Source: Octopus bimaculoides
Lineage: Eukaryota
Reading direction: 5' to 3'
Length of the DNA: 64,000 nt
Assembly (NCBI RefSeq): GCF_001194135.2
Contig: NC_068984.1
Span: 128,359,413 to 128,423,412 of the forward strand
The translations under genes were made by a program, and so were the position numbers. Below are positions 12,583 through 27,108 of the stretch, piece by piece; position 1 is the stretch's first letter; every line of letters starts with the position of its first letter. The notes beneath the pieces were generated by a model that saw nothing but the letters and a program-made list of their open reading frames with translations, was not told the DNA's origin and did not search any database.

Positions 12583-13611
12583 CGAGCGGGATCGTTTGCC
12601 AGTGCCCCCGGACAGGCTCGTGTGCGGGCGACACATGAAATCTTTCGAGCGGGATCGTTGCCAGTGCCCCTGGACTGGCTCATGTGCGGGCGACACATGA
12701 TATCTTTCGAGCGGGATCGTTTGCCAGTGCCCCCGGACTGGCTCATGTGCGGGTGACACATGAAATCTTTTGAGCGGGATCGTTGCCAGTGCCCCTGGAC
12801 TGGCTCATGTGCAGGCGACACATGATATCTTTCGTGCGAGATCGTTGCCAGTGCCCATGGACTGGCTCTTGTGCAAGTGACACATGAGGTTTTTCGAGCA
12901 AGATCGTTGGCGGTGCNNNNNNNNNNNNNNNNNNNNNNNNNNNNNNNNNNNNNNNNNNNNNNNNNNNNNNNNNNNNNNNNNNNNNNNNNNNNNNNNNNNN
13001 NNNNNNNNNNNNNNNNNNNNNNNNNNNNNNNNNNNNNNNNNNNNNNNNNNNNNNNNNNNNNNNNNNNNNNNNNNNNNNNNNNNNNNNNNNNNNNNNNNNN
13101 NNNNNNNNNNNNNNNNNNNNNNNNNNNNNNNNNNNNNNNNNNNNNNNNNNNNNNNNNNNNNNNNNNNNNNNNNNNNNNNNNNNNNNNNNNNNNNNNNNNN
13201 NNNNNNNNNNNNNNNNNNNNNNNNNNNNNNNNNNNNNNNNNNNNNNNNNNNNNNNNNNNNNNNNNNNNNNNNNNNNNNNNNNNNNNNNNNNNNNNNNNNN
13301 NNNNNNNNNNNNNNNNNNNNNNNNNNNNNNNNNNNNNNNNNNNNNNNNNNNNNNNNNNNNNNNNNNNNNNNNNNNNNNNNNNNNNNNNNNNNNNNNNNNN
13401 NGGCCGTTTTCGTGCGGGTGACACGTAAAAGCACCCACTACACTCTCTGAGTGGTTGGTGTTAGGAAGGGCATCCAGCTGTAGAAACTCTGCCAAATTAG
13501 ATTGGAGCCTGGTGTTGCCATCCGGTTTCACCAGTCCTCAGTCAAATCGTCCAACCCATGCTAGCATGGAAGGCGGATGTTAAACGATGATGATGATGAT
13601 GATGATGATGA
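12583..13611 (+). mobile_element. RTE 3-prime fragment with an expanded 62/63-bp tandem array
   Basis: The 3-prime part is nearly identical to the reverse complement of 2463-2652. Units start at 12583, 12646, 12708, 12771 and 12833, and the array runs into gap 12917-13401. Confidence 0.8.
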
Positions 13612-14057
13612 CAATGACCAGGCTTCTAATCAAATATTATAATTATTACATTATCATATTTTCTCTAAAATACCAGAGACAATGGAGCTAACATCATATT
13701 GATATTGTAAACGAAAATAAAAAAAAGATGAATATATTAAAGAATAGACCAGATTCATACCAGCTACCAGACATCCATTTCAAACATATGTGAAAGCCAA
13801 AATCTATGTTAAAAAGCCTATTTTAGACAAAAAGAAATAAAATTAATTAGTGAATAAAATGAATTAGTTGTTAAATGAGTATATTTAATGTCACATGCTC
13901 AGAGGTAGGGGATGAATAAAAGATTCATTAAATAGATTTGTAAAATGTTAACCAAATTACCTTCACTATACATTCACGTTACACTGCTTTACAAGGCAAT
14001 ACATCTGACACATACATCATATGGTTTACTTCTGACAGGGTAATCTGCAGACTCTAC

Positions 14058-14129
14058 CGTTTGAAGCAATAATCTTGTTGCTGATCACTGAATGCTGCTG
14101 CAGTGAGCCAAAGTTTTGCTGTCAACGTC
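14058..14129 (-). CDS. Candidate coding exon
   Basis: TTTCTATTTTATAG acceptor and CG|GTAGAG donor. 72 nt, phase 2-2: TLTAKLWLTAAAFSDQQQDYCFK. Confidence 0.45.
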
Positions 14130-14257
14130 CTATAAAATAGAAAGCAAATCTTTGCAAGAAAGATTTACAGACGTTTATTGCAGCTTTTCAGCAGCAATAA
14201 ATGTCTGGATGTTAAGATAGTATCATATAACCGTTTAACTGATGTTCTGAGAGAATA

Positions 14258-14735
14258 GCATCATCCTCATTTGATGCCGGTTTTCCATGCTGGCATGGGT
14301 TAGGTGACTTGATAGGATTTGGCCAGCCAGAGAGCTACCCAGGCTCTAATTGTCTGTTTTGGCATACTTTCTATGGCTGGATGCCCTTCCTAATGCCAAC
14401 CACATTACAGAGTGTGCTGGGTGCTTTATACGTGACATGGGTGGTTTGTGCGTGGCACCGACGCGAGTGCTTTCCTACACCGCACTGGCACAAGTGCTTT
14501 TCTACATCGCACCAGCATGAGTGCTTTCCTACATAGCACAGGCACAAGTGCCTTTTTATATGGCACAGGCACAAGTGCCTTTTTATATGGCACAGGCACA
14601 AGTGCTTTCCTACATAGCACAGGCACAAGTGCCTTTCTATATGGCACAGGCACAAGTGCTTTTCTATATGGCACCAACATGGGTGTTTTTAACATGGTAC
14701 CGTCACCGGTGTTTTTTACTTACATGGCACTGTGA
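14258..14735 (-). repeat. RTE-tail-type element with an internal 27-bp tandem array
   Basis: Unit GCACAGGCACAAGTGC(C/T)TT(T/C)(T/C)TA(T/C)AT(G/A); at least 7 clear copies at 14482-14670. Confidence 0.7.
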
Positions 14736-17700
14736 GGAGTGCTTTTTACAGAAAGACACGAAAAAAGTAAATGAGGCGGTGTGAATCCAAGACTACACTA
14801 TCCAACATCCCTTACTAGGTTTCAAGAGAATTCCTTCTCTGTTCTTTTCTATCTTATGAATTACATGGCAACCTCAGAAGTGCTTGTGGCTTGAAAAAAG
14901 CACTCAATACACTGTCAAGTGGTTGGTGTCAGGAAAGGCATCTAGCCTTAAAAACCAAATCAAAAGATGACATTGGAGCTTGATGCAGCCTTGTGGCTTG
15001 CTGATTCCCTATCAAACTGTTCTACCCATGTAAAAAGCGGATGCTAAATGATGATGAAGATTTAGCTACAATTTCTAGCAAACAGAATATCTATATGGAG
15101 GCTGTTTCATTGTGATTGATTGTTCAGGTGAGACAGGTGTACAAATCATTGATTAAAAGGAAAGACAATGGTAGAAGAAATATGGATATAGAACTGAAGG
15201 CTGTGTTGTATGAAACACACTTGTCTGCACAACTGCTGAAACAGATTAAACTTGTCATAATGAGCTAAGAAATCACTTGTTGGCTTGACAACTTCAGACT
15301 CATACAGTGCAATACAACTAAAAGAGCCACAATTGAAAAATGAAAAAGCACAAACTAAATGTAATTTCAGTGTAAATGTGGCAATTCCTTGTTAGGAAGC
15401 ACCATCTGAAAGCTACACGCTGGCATCAAAGAACATGTGCAAACAGATACATCATTCCAAAAATACCCAGAGAAATTCCACACTCAGGACTTTACAGTTA
15501 ACATCCTAGGCATGGACGTGGCTGTGTGGATAAGAAGTTTGCTTCCCAATCACATGGTTTGGGGTTTAGTCCCACCTTAGGGAAATGCCTTCTATTATGT
15601 CCCCAGGTCAACCAAAGTCTTGTGAGTGGATTTGGTAGATGGAAACTATAAAAAACCTGCTGTGTGTGTGTGTGTGTGTGTGTGTGTGTCTCTCTCTCCT
15701 CATCTTGACATGGCATGGTAGTTGTAAATGAGTATCACTGTCACACACACCCAATGAGTGTACTTCATTCCCAATATTCTGTAAGAACATTTCTGGCCAT
15801 GGGGAACTATTACCATGCCTAGAAATGGGTGAGGGTTGGTGGCAAGCAGGGCAACCAGCTGCAGAAAATGTGCCTCAATAAACTCCATCCAGCCCATGCA
15901 ACATGGGAAAGTGGAGGTTAAAACAATGGTGATGGTGATCAAGGGAGCAGAATGTAACACAGGCAATTTAAGGACTAAAAAAGCCATATTCATTATTAAA
16001 TTGAAACCATCAAACAACAGGTAAGAATTACATGAGGCAAACTGGTTAGTGTAACAATACCATGCTGTACATGTCACAATCCCTTCCCACATATCTGAGC
16101 AAAAGATACCAGCTCAACACCTATCCTCCATTTTTTCCTGATGAAGTGTTATTACACCTGGAATAAGACAAAATTTAAACTGCTGCATTGTCTTCCTTCT
16201 GTTTTCAGTCTGATATTTCAATTTACATTGTATCAGTTTTTGAACAATTTTGACAAATGACCAAATCAATTTGGTATATGATTGGAACATATTTTAACCA
16301 ACTTCAGAAGAATGGAAACTAATGTTGATCTGGGTAATATTTGAACTTAGAAGATGGAAACATTCACCTGGCACTCTCTTATTTCTGTAATAACTTTTTA
16401 TATTCTATAAGAGGAGTAGAAGAAATTTATTATTTCAGGCTTGGCTCTGTATCTTTCTACAAAGTATGAAGAAATGAAGTACTTTTATTAAAAAAAAAAA
16501 AACCCCCAAAAAAACCACATAACGAGCTATTAACTAATTTCCCTCTATATTTTACTAGATTGTTCTGGAATCACATACAAATTAAGGCAAACAATGTATA
16601 CTGCTATTAAAGATGGAACCATTTTGTAATTCTAACTCAACTGGAAAGTAACAGTATTTAGTGAAGCTGAACGAGCCAGTGAATAGATGTAGATTATTGA
16701 TCTGTAATAAGGTGGAGATCACCAGCTCAGTTACTTAGACTGTTGATAGCAACTAAATGCTATTGTTAATAATTGCCTGGCTACAGCTACAAGAGGAGGG
16801 AGGGAATAGGTAATGGGGCAAATAAATGGAGCAAAAACACCACGGTTGGAAAAACACAGCAATTATATTATTGTAAATAGATGATGATGGAGGGCAGAAA
16901 TGGCAGAGTGGTTTACAAATAAAGTCGTGCAGTATTTAGTTACACTCCTTTATATATGGATTTCAAACTTTGCCTTTCACCATTTTAAGGTTGATAGAAT
17001 AGGTAGCAGTCAAATATTAAAGGCTGAGAGTAATTTGACTGAGTTCTCTATGATTATTAGAGAAAGAGACATCACCTACTCCCCCACACTTATTTCTGGT
17101 CCCTCTGCTCTACCCACTCCTACCTGCCTTGTATCTTGAAGGTCTAGCCTGACCCCTTCATTACTATTTTTATTACTTTCCATCTCCACTCAATCACTCC
17201 CACCATCTCTTCTAAAATGTCAGTTGTCATGTAACTCCACCTCAGCAAAAAAACCTGTTCTGGTTCAACCTTTTTCTCTCATACTTTACCCTTCTTTACT
17301 CTTCATCACCTAGCATAAAAGTTGTCCCCTTGGTATTTACTAGTAACATGAAGAAAAGTACCCAGTACACACTGTAAAGTGGTTGGTGTTAGGAAAGACA
17401 TTCAGTCATAAAAACCATGCCAAAGCAAACACTGGAGCATGATGCAGCCCTTGGACCCATTGGGTGCTGTAAAACCATCCAACCCATGCTAGCATGGAAC
17501 ATGAATATCAAATGATTATGAGGATGATGAAAGGTGGTAAAAATTTGTCCAGAATCAACTCTAAATATCGGCACACTCACAATTATCTAAGTAATAACAT
17601 GCTTACACAGGCACATGTAAATGTCTGATCAAGGATAGTTAAGCTTTCTGAAAATATCCAGTGATCTACAGATCAAGAGTTCAAATTCTGCTGCAAGTTA

Positions 17701-20700
17701 TTGTTATGGCTCAGTCAGAGTGAAAAAGGCAGCACTCATGACTTTACTGTATTAACTCCAAGACTGACAAAGAGAAAGGGAGGAAGAGACCTCACCACAT
17801 AAGTTGTTGGATGCATTATTCTCTGATTGGTGACCTGGCCTGGATGCTTGTAATGAAGTGAACATTGTTAAAGGCAAATAAGAGTCAAAGTAGTGATGTT
17901 AAACCAGATGAGAGAATAAAAGAATATCACCTGCCTTTGTCATCAAATGTGACAAACTTCCTTCACCAAATGTGACAACTTGCTTGCAGCGTCTTGATAT
18001 ACCTATCTAAGTAACACAATAGAGATAGCCCCACTCCCACCAACAATATCTTCATACCTCCCTTTTCCATACCTTTCTTTCTATTTATATCCATGTAACA
18101 AAGACAACTTTTTTTGTCAAGGCACATCAAATCTCCACCTTGTCATTTCCATTTGATAGATGACACCTTCCTCTTCTGAATCAAGGGAACATACGAATGA
18201 GATCTGGACTTCACAAGCCTGTCTTAAAGGACAGGAACTCTGAATAAGGACCGACACAGAGTAGCAGAGATTTTCAGTCCTCTTCACAAGGGGCAACCCC
18301 TCGTAATGCTGGTGAGATAATAAAATGCACCCTGGTACATTGTAAAGTGGTCGGTGATAGCAAGGGTATCCATGCTCAAAATGGAATAGCAGTCTCTTTA
18401 GCGTTGGCAGCATACAACACCAAAGTGGGTTGATCTCTGTTACTAAGTGTAAGATGATATGGACCATGACAATATGACCAAGCACTCAATCCATTCCCTT
18501 ATGGAAAAGCAGATGTAAAATTGATGTGTTTGTGTGTTCATGTGTGTGTAATTACGATTGAAATAAGGATAATTATACAATTAATGAACTTCATAAAGGA
18601 AAGTTAATTAATGCTAGACATAAATAAAAACTGAATAACAGAAGATATTTCTGTTGTAAGTTGCAATAATTTAAATTCCATTGTCTTAGATAATGAAAAT
18701 GATGTATCATAAAAGCTAGAGGGGGGGGGGGTAATGACTAGGTGGAGTGGGGTTATAACTGATTGCCTTGTGCTATTTATTCTGGCTTGCATTCTGGTTT
18801 CAAATACATGCAAGGTCAACTTTGCCTTACATTCTTCCAGAGCTGGTATGTAAACTATCAGTTTAGAGTGGTGGGCTGGCAGAATCATTTGAACACTGAA
18901 TAGGATGCCTTGTGGTATTTCCTCTAGATCTTAGCATTCCAAGTTCAAATCCTGCTATAGACTATTGGACTGGTTGACTTAGTCCATGACCTGTCTTTTA
19001 GTGTCTTTAATGGAAATCATTTGTTGCAAGCTTTTTGGCTATGTATCCAGTCTGAGGATACCTTCCTACCCATCTCACTAGTCTCAAGAGGCCCTATAAA
19101 GGACTGTGGGCACTGCCCTTCTCTGATTATGTAAAAAAAAAAAAGCTTCAAGGGTCATCAATGACATTTGGAAATTTGTAACACGCTGTGTAATAATAAT
19201 ATATATCATAAACAATATACTTAATAGCAATCCATACCATAAGGAAGCATATGTGATACTTTAAAATTTGTTTCCCTACTGATAATCAATGGCAAGCTAC
19301 ATGTGCGTGTATACACACACGCATGTGTGCACACACTCACACACACACACACATGTACATACGTAAATGTGTGGGTGTAAATGTGTTTACTTCTTGAGAC
19401 ATAAGTTTCTATGTTGCTCTCTATGCAAACAGTAAGGGTGTATATTCAATCTTCTACATGTAAATTATATCAACAATGGTGTACTGCCAACTGAGTAATA
19501 AATAAGAGCAGAGAAAGACTTAAAGTCCATTATAGCTAGTCAAGTTGGTTGGAAATGAACTAAAGATACACCAGCAGACACTTGAATTTTCCTTTTCTTT
19601 AAATTCTAAAAGCTTTCCATTGGCTTCATATCATGACAGAAGTGGTAGACAGTTAACATTATAATATGATTTAGAGTAAATAAACCAGCAGATTGAATGA
19701 TAGAAAGAAGTGACAAGATAATATTTGACAGAAGCAGTAGATAATATTATAATGCAATTTAAAGTAAATAACCAGTAATGTTCCATAAAAGAAATTTCAT
19801 GGATAATAGGTAATCATTTTGATTTTTTGACTTTGTACCTAAATTGTTTGAAATACCTTGCATTATCATGTATAACATGCAGTGTTGCACAACTGCTAAA
19901 GGAGCAGCCAGTCTATTATAATCCAATATATTAAGTTTTAATATCATTTTAGATAAGTATAACCAGGGCTGTGTTAAGAGGCTTGGTTTCTAACTATGAA
20001 GTCTTGGGTTCAATCCCACTGTGTTGCACATTGGAGCAAGTATCTTCTACTATCAACCGCATTACAAAATATGCCCTTTTTTATTTTTTAAAGATAATTA
20101 TGTGTTACTTGAGGGAAATATAGTTGTTATTTCTAAAAGGTTGAGTAGCCATGCAGTGGCTCCTTCTTTGACTTGTTTAAGATGTGGTAATAAAGCAATG
20201 CAGATAACTGAAACATTATTTTCATGTCATGATTTTTAAAAAATGTTGAGATCAACATTAAATAAATAAAAACTACTTTAAACTGAACTAAGCAGCAAGT
20301 TTATTTCAGATTTAAAAAAAAAATCAAGTCAGCTTGTTTTTAAATAGACTGTTGTCAGCACATTGATTTTATTCCAAGGTTCTTTTGTGCNNNNNNNNNN
20401 NNNNNNNNNNNNNNNNNNNNNNNNNNNNNNNNNNNNNNNNNNNNNNNNNNNNNNNNNNNNNNNNNNNGGGAGAGTGAGAGCAGATGTTATATCCCTTGTG
20501 AAATAAATGTAGAAATACAGAAAAACACAAGAGGAAACAGAAAGAAAGGAAATTGACTAGACACTATAGCAATTCTTTGTCACTGTAAAAAAAAAACAAA
20601 AAAAACAAAAAAAAAACAAGAAACAATAACTGAATGAGATATCTAAACTGAATAGATGACTGAATGGTCTTTGAAAGGTTTTATATGTTGCTTGTTGAGT

Positions 20701-21042
20701 TGATGGCCTTAAAAAGCCTATTTCAAAAATGAACACACTAGAGGTAGATTTTCTATTTCTTTGGAGAAGAGATTTTGAATACTTCAATGAAGATGTAGAA
20801 TCTGCTCCAAGTACATACATGGGGGCCATAGAAATATTTATGAAGACAGTTCAAAACAGGTTTATTGGTCTCTCTCTGTTTGAAGCATTACATGTTTAGG
20901 CTATTTTCGTGCTGGTGTTTTAAATCATTGGATGAATCACACACAAGCTGCACTGTACATAAGAATTTTGGCTTTAAGCCATAAACATCTATCTTTAGGA
21001 GTTTCTAAGACTACATTATCTAATGTATCTTTTCTTGTTTAA

Positions 21043-21247
21043 CCCTTTCGTCATCATATTTCTGTTGAGATGCTCTGTTTCTTTAAATTGATTTTAAATA
21101 TAACAAAGAATTTAGTAAATTAACTTAGTTATCATTAAGCTAGTGTTTGGAACATAAACTGTGACTAAGGTTTGGTGGAAGATTTTAATTCAGAACTTTT
21201 GAAAACAAGACATTTGTACTATTTCAGGCAGGTTGGTATCAAAAGGG
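21043..21247 (+). mobile_element. piggyBac-type MITE
   Basis: TTAA|CCCTTT...AAAAGGG|TTAA. Homologous copies at 43107-43328 (-) and 48552-48772 (+). Confidence 0.75.
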
Positions 21248-23599
21248 TTAAGATGGTGCTGCTTGATTTGAGAGAAATTTAGCAATTACAAAATTATTGT
21301 TGATTAGTTTAGCCTTGATTCAGCAAATTTATAATCAAAAGCATTCTAGTCATGACCATTTCATCTCTTTAGAGGCATTAAGAACTGCATTATCCAATAT
21401 GTTACTTTCCTTTTTACAAAATAATGGACTGTAGTTTGAAGAAAATTTCGTTACTATTTCTAGCAGTCATGTTGTGGCTCTATTCTTATATGTTGTGCTG
21501 TTACCTTACAACTCACAGAACAGTAATACTGTCTTTATAAGATCCTGTACATAACTTGGAACAAGGTCACAAATCTTCTAGGTTTGGTATGGGCTGGATG
21601 CTGTTCAGTAGAGATGGATGCTGTTCAGTAGAGATGGATTGCCAAGTATATATTTGGGTAGTTTGAAGATCGTGAAGATTTGCTCTGTGCAGACATGCTG
21701 TGAGGCTGAAGATATGATGCAGACAACAGAAACCACATTGAAACATGTTGCCTGATTCTGGCCCACAAAAGAAAGCTCCTGATCTTTTGTTGTTAACCTC
21801 AGGCCAACCAGCATATCTACCAAGAAAGGTACTCCAGCTGTCATCAACCACTCCATTAGAGAGGACTACCTTATCCAATGTTTTCCTTTTTTTTTTTAAG
21901 ATGGTAGAAGATATTGGAGCTATTTCTAGCAGGCCAATCAACTACATAGGGTTTCTCTGTTTATTCTGGAAGAGAAGTATGCAAATTGGAGTGACATAGT
22001 TGGAGACACATTGCAAGTATAACTGAAATGAATGGACTGAAGGATAGCAAATGCATATTTCAAATACAGTCTATGGAAGGGCTAGTAAAGAAGTAGCTAG
22101 CTTTGTAGTAATACTCGAAACCATAAAAGATTATGTTGTCAGTAGTCTTGGATGAAATCATCATCATAACAAATTGAAGTGAGTAATAGGCAGGTTGTGG
22201 GCAATGAAGAAAGTGGAAACAATACAAATAGGACTGGTACACTTGGAAGTATCACTACTCAACTGCCAATATGGCTCTCAAAAAAAAAAAAAAAAAATTG
22301 GAATAAATATAAAGATAGAACAACAACAAAAATCATCATTGTTTGGAAATGCAAGAATCCTCCACAGGGTTCTTGAAGCATGATCAGTAAACAAGTGTCA
22401 CCTTCATCTGCTGGCTGTGGGCAACTGACACTTTCCATCATACTCAGCAAAATAAAGCTGGGATTTTTCATGATATAATAGTAATGCTTTCTAATATAGG
22501 CATAAGGCTTGAAATTTTGAGGGAAAGGGATAATCAATTATATTGACCTCAGTACTTAACTGGTACTTCTTTTATTGACCCGGAAAAGATGAAAGGTAAA
22601 GCCAACATCATGGTGTGTCAATGATTCTGCTAGCTTGTCTCCTTCATAATAAGTTTTCAACTAGCAATGATAACACCTTAGATGTTCATAACTGACAAAA
22701 GTATGAACTCATTCGGAAGGGAAGAGAGAGAAATACAAATTGCATCTGGTCTCAGTTCTTGGTTGGAACTAGTTCACTTTACCTAGGATAAGAACAATGA
22801 AGATGTTTCTATCTGATCACTTGAACAGCTAGAAATAACAGCCAAATCATAGTCAACAATTTTAAAAGCAGACAGAAGGATAATATGACTCTGGATGCAC
22901 TAAGACTGAATAAAAGATGAAACGATCATGACCAGAATGTTTTTGATAACAGGAATGCTTTTGAGAAAAGCTTAAATGAAGATAGAGTGAATATGTTGAG
23001 CACTTCTGCTCGACAAATCAGGATAAAGACATACATATCCTACATCTGTCCTGCATATGTTTAGTTGTGTTTCAGTGGCAGGTCTTAAACCATTTACCTG
23101 AGACATAACATAGAAGTTAATGCTGAAGTCCAGTTAAGATATTTGTTTCAACCACTTAACATCCACTTGAAATAACAATGTGACAAGTAACATTCCCAGA
23201 TAATCTAGTACCTGTTTTCAGACTGCAAGGTAAACTGACACATTTAGAATTATGTGGTCTACCTAAATACACGACAGTTTTTAAAAAAATGCTTACACTG
23301 AGGTTTAACTGAAACCCCCTTTAGCTACTAGTGCAATAACATATATACTCTTAGTAGTTGAGTAACTCATGACAATATGTTCTAGGATGTTGTAGAAATA
23401 ACAATGCTATCTCATGTATGTGAGAGTTTTCACCAATATGGGTTTTATTTGCATTTTGTTGAGAGCAGAAATATTTTCTGGCTCTAAAACAGATTCCAAG
23501 TTATTGGGATGCAGTTTTGATAAAATTATAGATGTGAAGTCATCATAAGAGATTCTCAGAGATTGTGACACCAAGAATCTGTTATAACTTTTCAAAATT

Positions 23600-24870
23600 T
23601 GCATGTTGTTGGTATGTATGGGGACTAAGTTACAAATTAGTTATATTGATATACATAGGATAGTGTTTTGTATCGTTAAAGATGAGATTATTATTTTCCT
23701 GTTGGAAAATGGTTTTGAGATACCTATCTATGGATGCAGCATGAGGTATTTAGGCTTTATGTTCATGACACTTGCACCCAAAAAGTTAGAGAAGTGGAAG
23801 ATGGTAACGTTTGCATAGGAGGGTAAGTGTTGTTAGAAGTGATAGCAGGTAGGTAATTATTGCATAGAAGAAAGAATGTAGGTAACATCATAAAAATTTG
23901 TGGCACAACAGAGTAGGTAGAATATGGGTTGGAGAGGGGCCTATTAGCACACAGTATGTCAAGAAATGAAAGACAAATGTAGACCATATGCAATCAACTT
24001 AGTGAGGAAATTTCTATGGCAGACATGTTAAAACCTTTGTTGATACTAAGGATAACCTGAAATTCTCAAGGGTGAGGGATTATTGATGTGTGATATAGGA
24101 GAACAAGCCATGAGTGCAATCACTAAGAAGATAGGTCAAGAAGATGAAGGATGTGGTTGTTAATAGCTGCTTGCATAACTCCTATGGTGTTAAAAACCAG
24201 TGCGGTAGTTTGAGCAAGTAGTATCATTTTAACCAGGTTCAAGTGAGAACCACTGATTCTGACAGCGGTAATAAAGAGCTTCTCTGTCTGTATAACAGGA
24301 ACACATTTTTAAAATTATTGGCTCAGAGGAGGCACAGCATTGATGGCCTTTACTACATGTGGATTGGTGTAGTTGATGTTCAAATCAAATGTAAGTAAAA
24401 GTTGTGAAGTAAATCTCAGCCAATAAGGTTAGAATATATACAATTGTTGGATAGTAACATTTGGAATGAGCCATTGGATTTACTGTACAAAGCTGAGAAG
24501 AGGTCTAAATATAAAGATGAATGTGAAAATAACTAATTAATACTTCTAAAATTGAACTGGTAATAGGAACATAATAGGTGAAGTGTCAGAAGTACAGAGC
24601 AGATGAGATAGAGATATATCAAACAAAAGTTGGAATGGGATAGATACATTAAATACTGATTGAATGACACAGAGAAAGGTAGCATACTGAAAATGCTTTT
24701 AGTTTAGTAAACCAAGAGGGTGTTCCAGAGGAATGATATTCTGGGAAAGAAGGGTGACGATCAGAGAAAGGACTAAGAGGTTGGACAAGACCAGGCAGTT
24801 GCAAGGAGCAGATGTAATTAAAGTAAGATTAGAAAAGGTAGAGAGAAGGGTCAACACATCTGTGGGCCAG
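23600..24870 (-). mobile_element. Highly decayed PLE-like remnant
   Basis: GA-rich plus strand like 6.1-7.8 kb. Fragmentary TLLAEIYFT-like RT similarity near 24.4 kb. Confidence 0.3.
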
Positions 24871-26021
24871 AGGCTTTATATCAATCAGTCAGGTGGCCTT
24901 TTCTGAATAGTGAGATGAGATGATGATGATCATCATTTAACATCTGTTTTCCAGGCTGGCATGGGCTGGACAGTTTGACCAGAGCTGGTAAGCTAGAGAA
25001 CTGCACCAAGCTCCAGTCTGATTTGGCATGGTTTCTACAGCCGGATGCCCTTCCTAATGTGCTGGGTGCTTTTATGTGGCACTGCACAAGCGCATTCATG
25101 TGGCACTGGCATGAGTACTTTGGCACCAGCACAGGACTCTTGCAGGCCATTGGAAAGTGGCCTTAACACTTCTGCAGTGGAGTATGGGTCATGTCTGCCA
25201 TTGCAGCAGCATCCTAGATGTGGAAGTAATATACTGGCTGTCAAGAAAAGGGCCATTTGTTGGATATGATATGGCTATGTTAAGGATATACTCTTACCAT
25301 TGTTTTAGTATAAAATATAAAATACAGGACACCACTTCAGTATATGAAATATATTTGGGTACTTGAAATATTTTTCTGTACACGAGAGTCAGTAAACAAA
25401 AGAAAGTTTAAAGAAAGTCATGTGAAAAATAATTACTATTTGCTGATGAGAACATCACTAGTTTCCTCAAATTCTACTGCTTTACTTGAATGATAATTAG
25501 TTTTTAGAAGCATAGAGATCCATAATAAATGTCAAATAAACTAAAAAATGGCATTCCAGTTTTAGAACAAAACATTACAGATTTACAGAGACTTCAATTA
25601 AGATATTCTTGCAACACTGGTTAATTTATTTTTGTATATTAATGAGGTGTAATTGTGAAAGTTTATTAAATATTTGTACAGTGGTTAAAAAAAAACAAAA
25701 AAAAAACTCAATTATCAACTCAACAATAGGGCAAGGAGAACATACCTTTGGCATACTAAAATATCTGGGGTCTCACATAATGTAGTAAGTCAGAAAACTT
25801 TAGTACAATAAGTAGGCAAAAATTCCCTCTAGGGTAGCTTAAAATCTAAAAACAAAGGATGTAATTCTAATACCAAACAAAGATTATTTTAGAAAATATA
25901 GTCAATGTAAATAGGCATGAATCTTGTCTTTAATGGAAACTAGTGTAAAGAGTAGACATCTTTTGACCTTATTAAAACCCATCAGTAAAGCATATTCTTC
26001 TCAGTAAAACATAGAAGCAAC

Positions 26022-26055
<34 letters not shown>

Positions 26056-27072
26056 ATGCAAAGACCCTGATTATGAATATCAACATGATACCTCAGGAAA
26101 GCGTTTTGCATATATAGATATCACACACAAACCTGTACATACAGTTGAGTCTTACTGTAATATAGTGCATTGCAAAACTTTGAATAACTTCAGTTTACCT
26201 ATGCTATGAGTAAACAAAAATAAACTTCTTCTAGGTGTTTAAAAATCTAAAAACAAAACAAAAGAGATAACTAATCATATCAGCCAATCAAAAGTTTTAG
26301 AAAATTTAGAGCTTATCAGTTACATAACTGATATTTATAAAACTGACATATTCACAATATAACATCTTTGATAAACAAGTAATCTAGTAATCTAGGGAAG
26401 TTTCAAAGACCAGCTTGCAAGACAAAATCAACAAAGATATTTTAATACAAAATAAAAAAAGAAAGACTTGTAGTTTAATAAGGTCATGAAGAGCAAAACA
26501 GCCACACGGCCAAGGACACTGTTTAATTCTAATAGACTTCCTGTATGTTTAAAATAATTTTTGATATAATGAAAACTGTTGAGGAATGTTTAGAGAATAT
26601 CAGTAACTAAGAATTTGTATATATTATGCTAGTGTTTACCAACTGAATAATTTATAGTACAGTCAAATGTCAGCAAAATACTTTTGTAATTTTAATTTGA
26701 CGAGCAGTCAGATGATATTCTGATAATATTTTCACAGCTACGGACATGAAATTGCAAAACTTTTACTCTAGTTTATGACATAGTTCAGAGGTTCTCTAAC
26801 TGGTTTCTTACTGTGGACAATTTTCACTTACTGAATATTTTCATGGACCACTTGAGCATAAAAATCAATGGGATTAAACCATAAATTAAATAGAACATAT
26901 CCAACATCAAATAATGCAACTCATTGGGGAAACAAAATAAACAAATACACAAACACATACCGATAAACCCTAACATTTAAACATTGCTACTCTAATACAA
27001 ATAACAGATGATTTTTCTGTGGACTACTGAATATCGTATCATGAACCATCGTCAGTAATGACAACACATAAA

Positions 27073-27108
<36 letters not shown>

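Noticed and set aside
12583-14720. Tandem repeats as a possible CRISPR array
   Set aside because: There are no unique spacers and no cas genes, the context is eukaryotic, and the units derive from LINE UTRs.
21567-21870. Overlapping ORFs with a 20-bp tandem duplication
   Set aside because: Once the duplication is removed it reads like a decayed RTE C-terminus (LVWAG...LPSI).
23407-23604. Exon-like open frame on the minus strand
   Set aside because: An alternative frame gives ILGVTISENL...QIKPIL, typical of a decayed LINE RT C-terminus.
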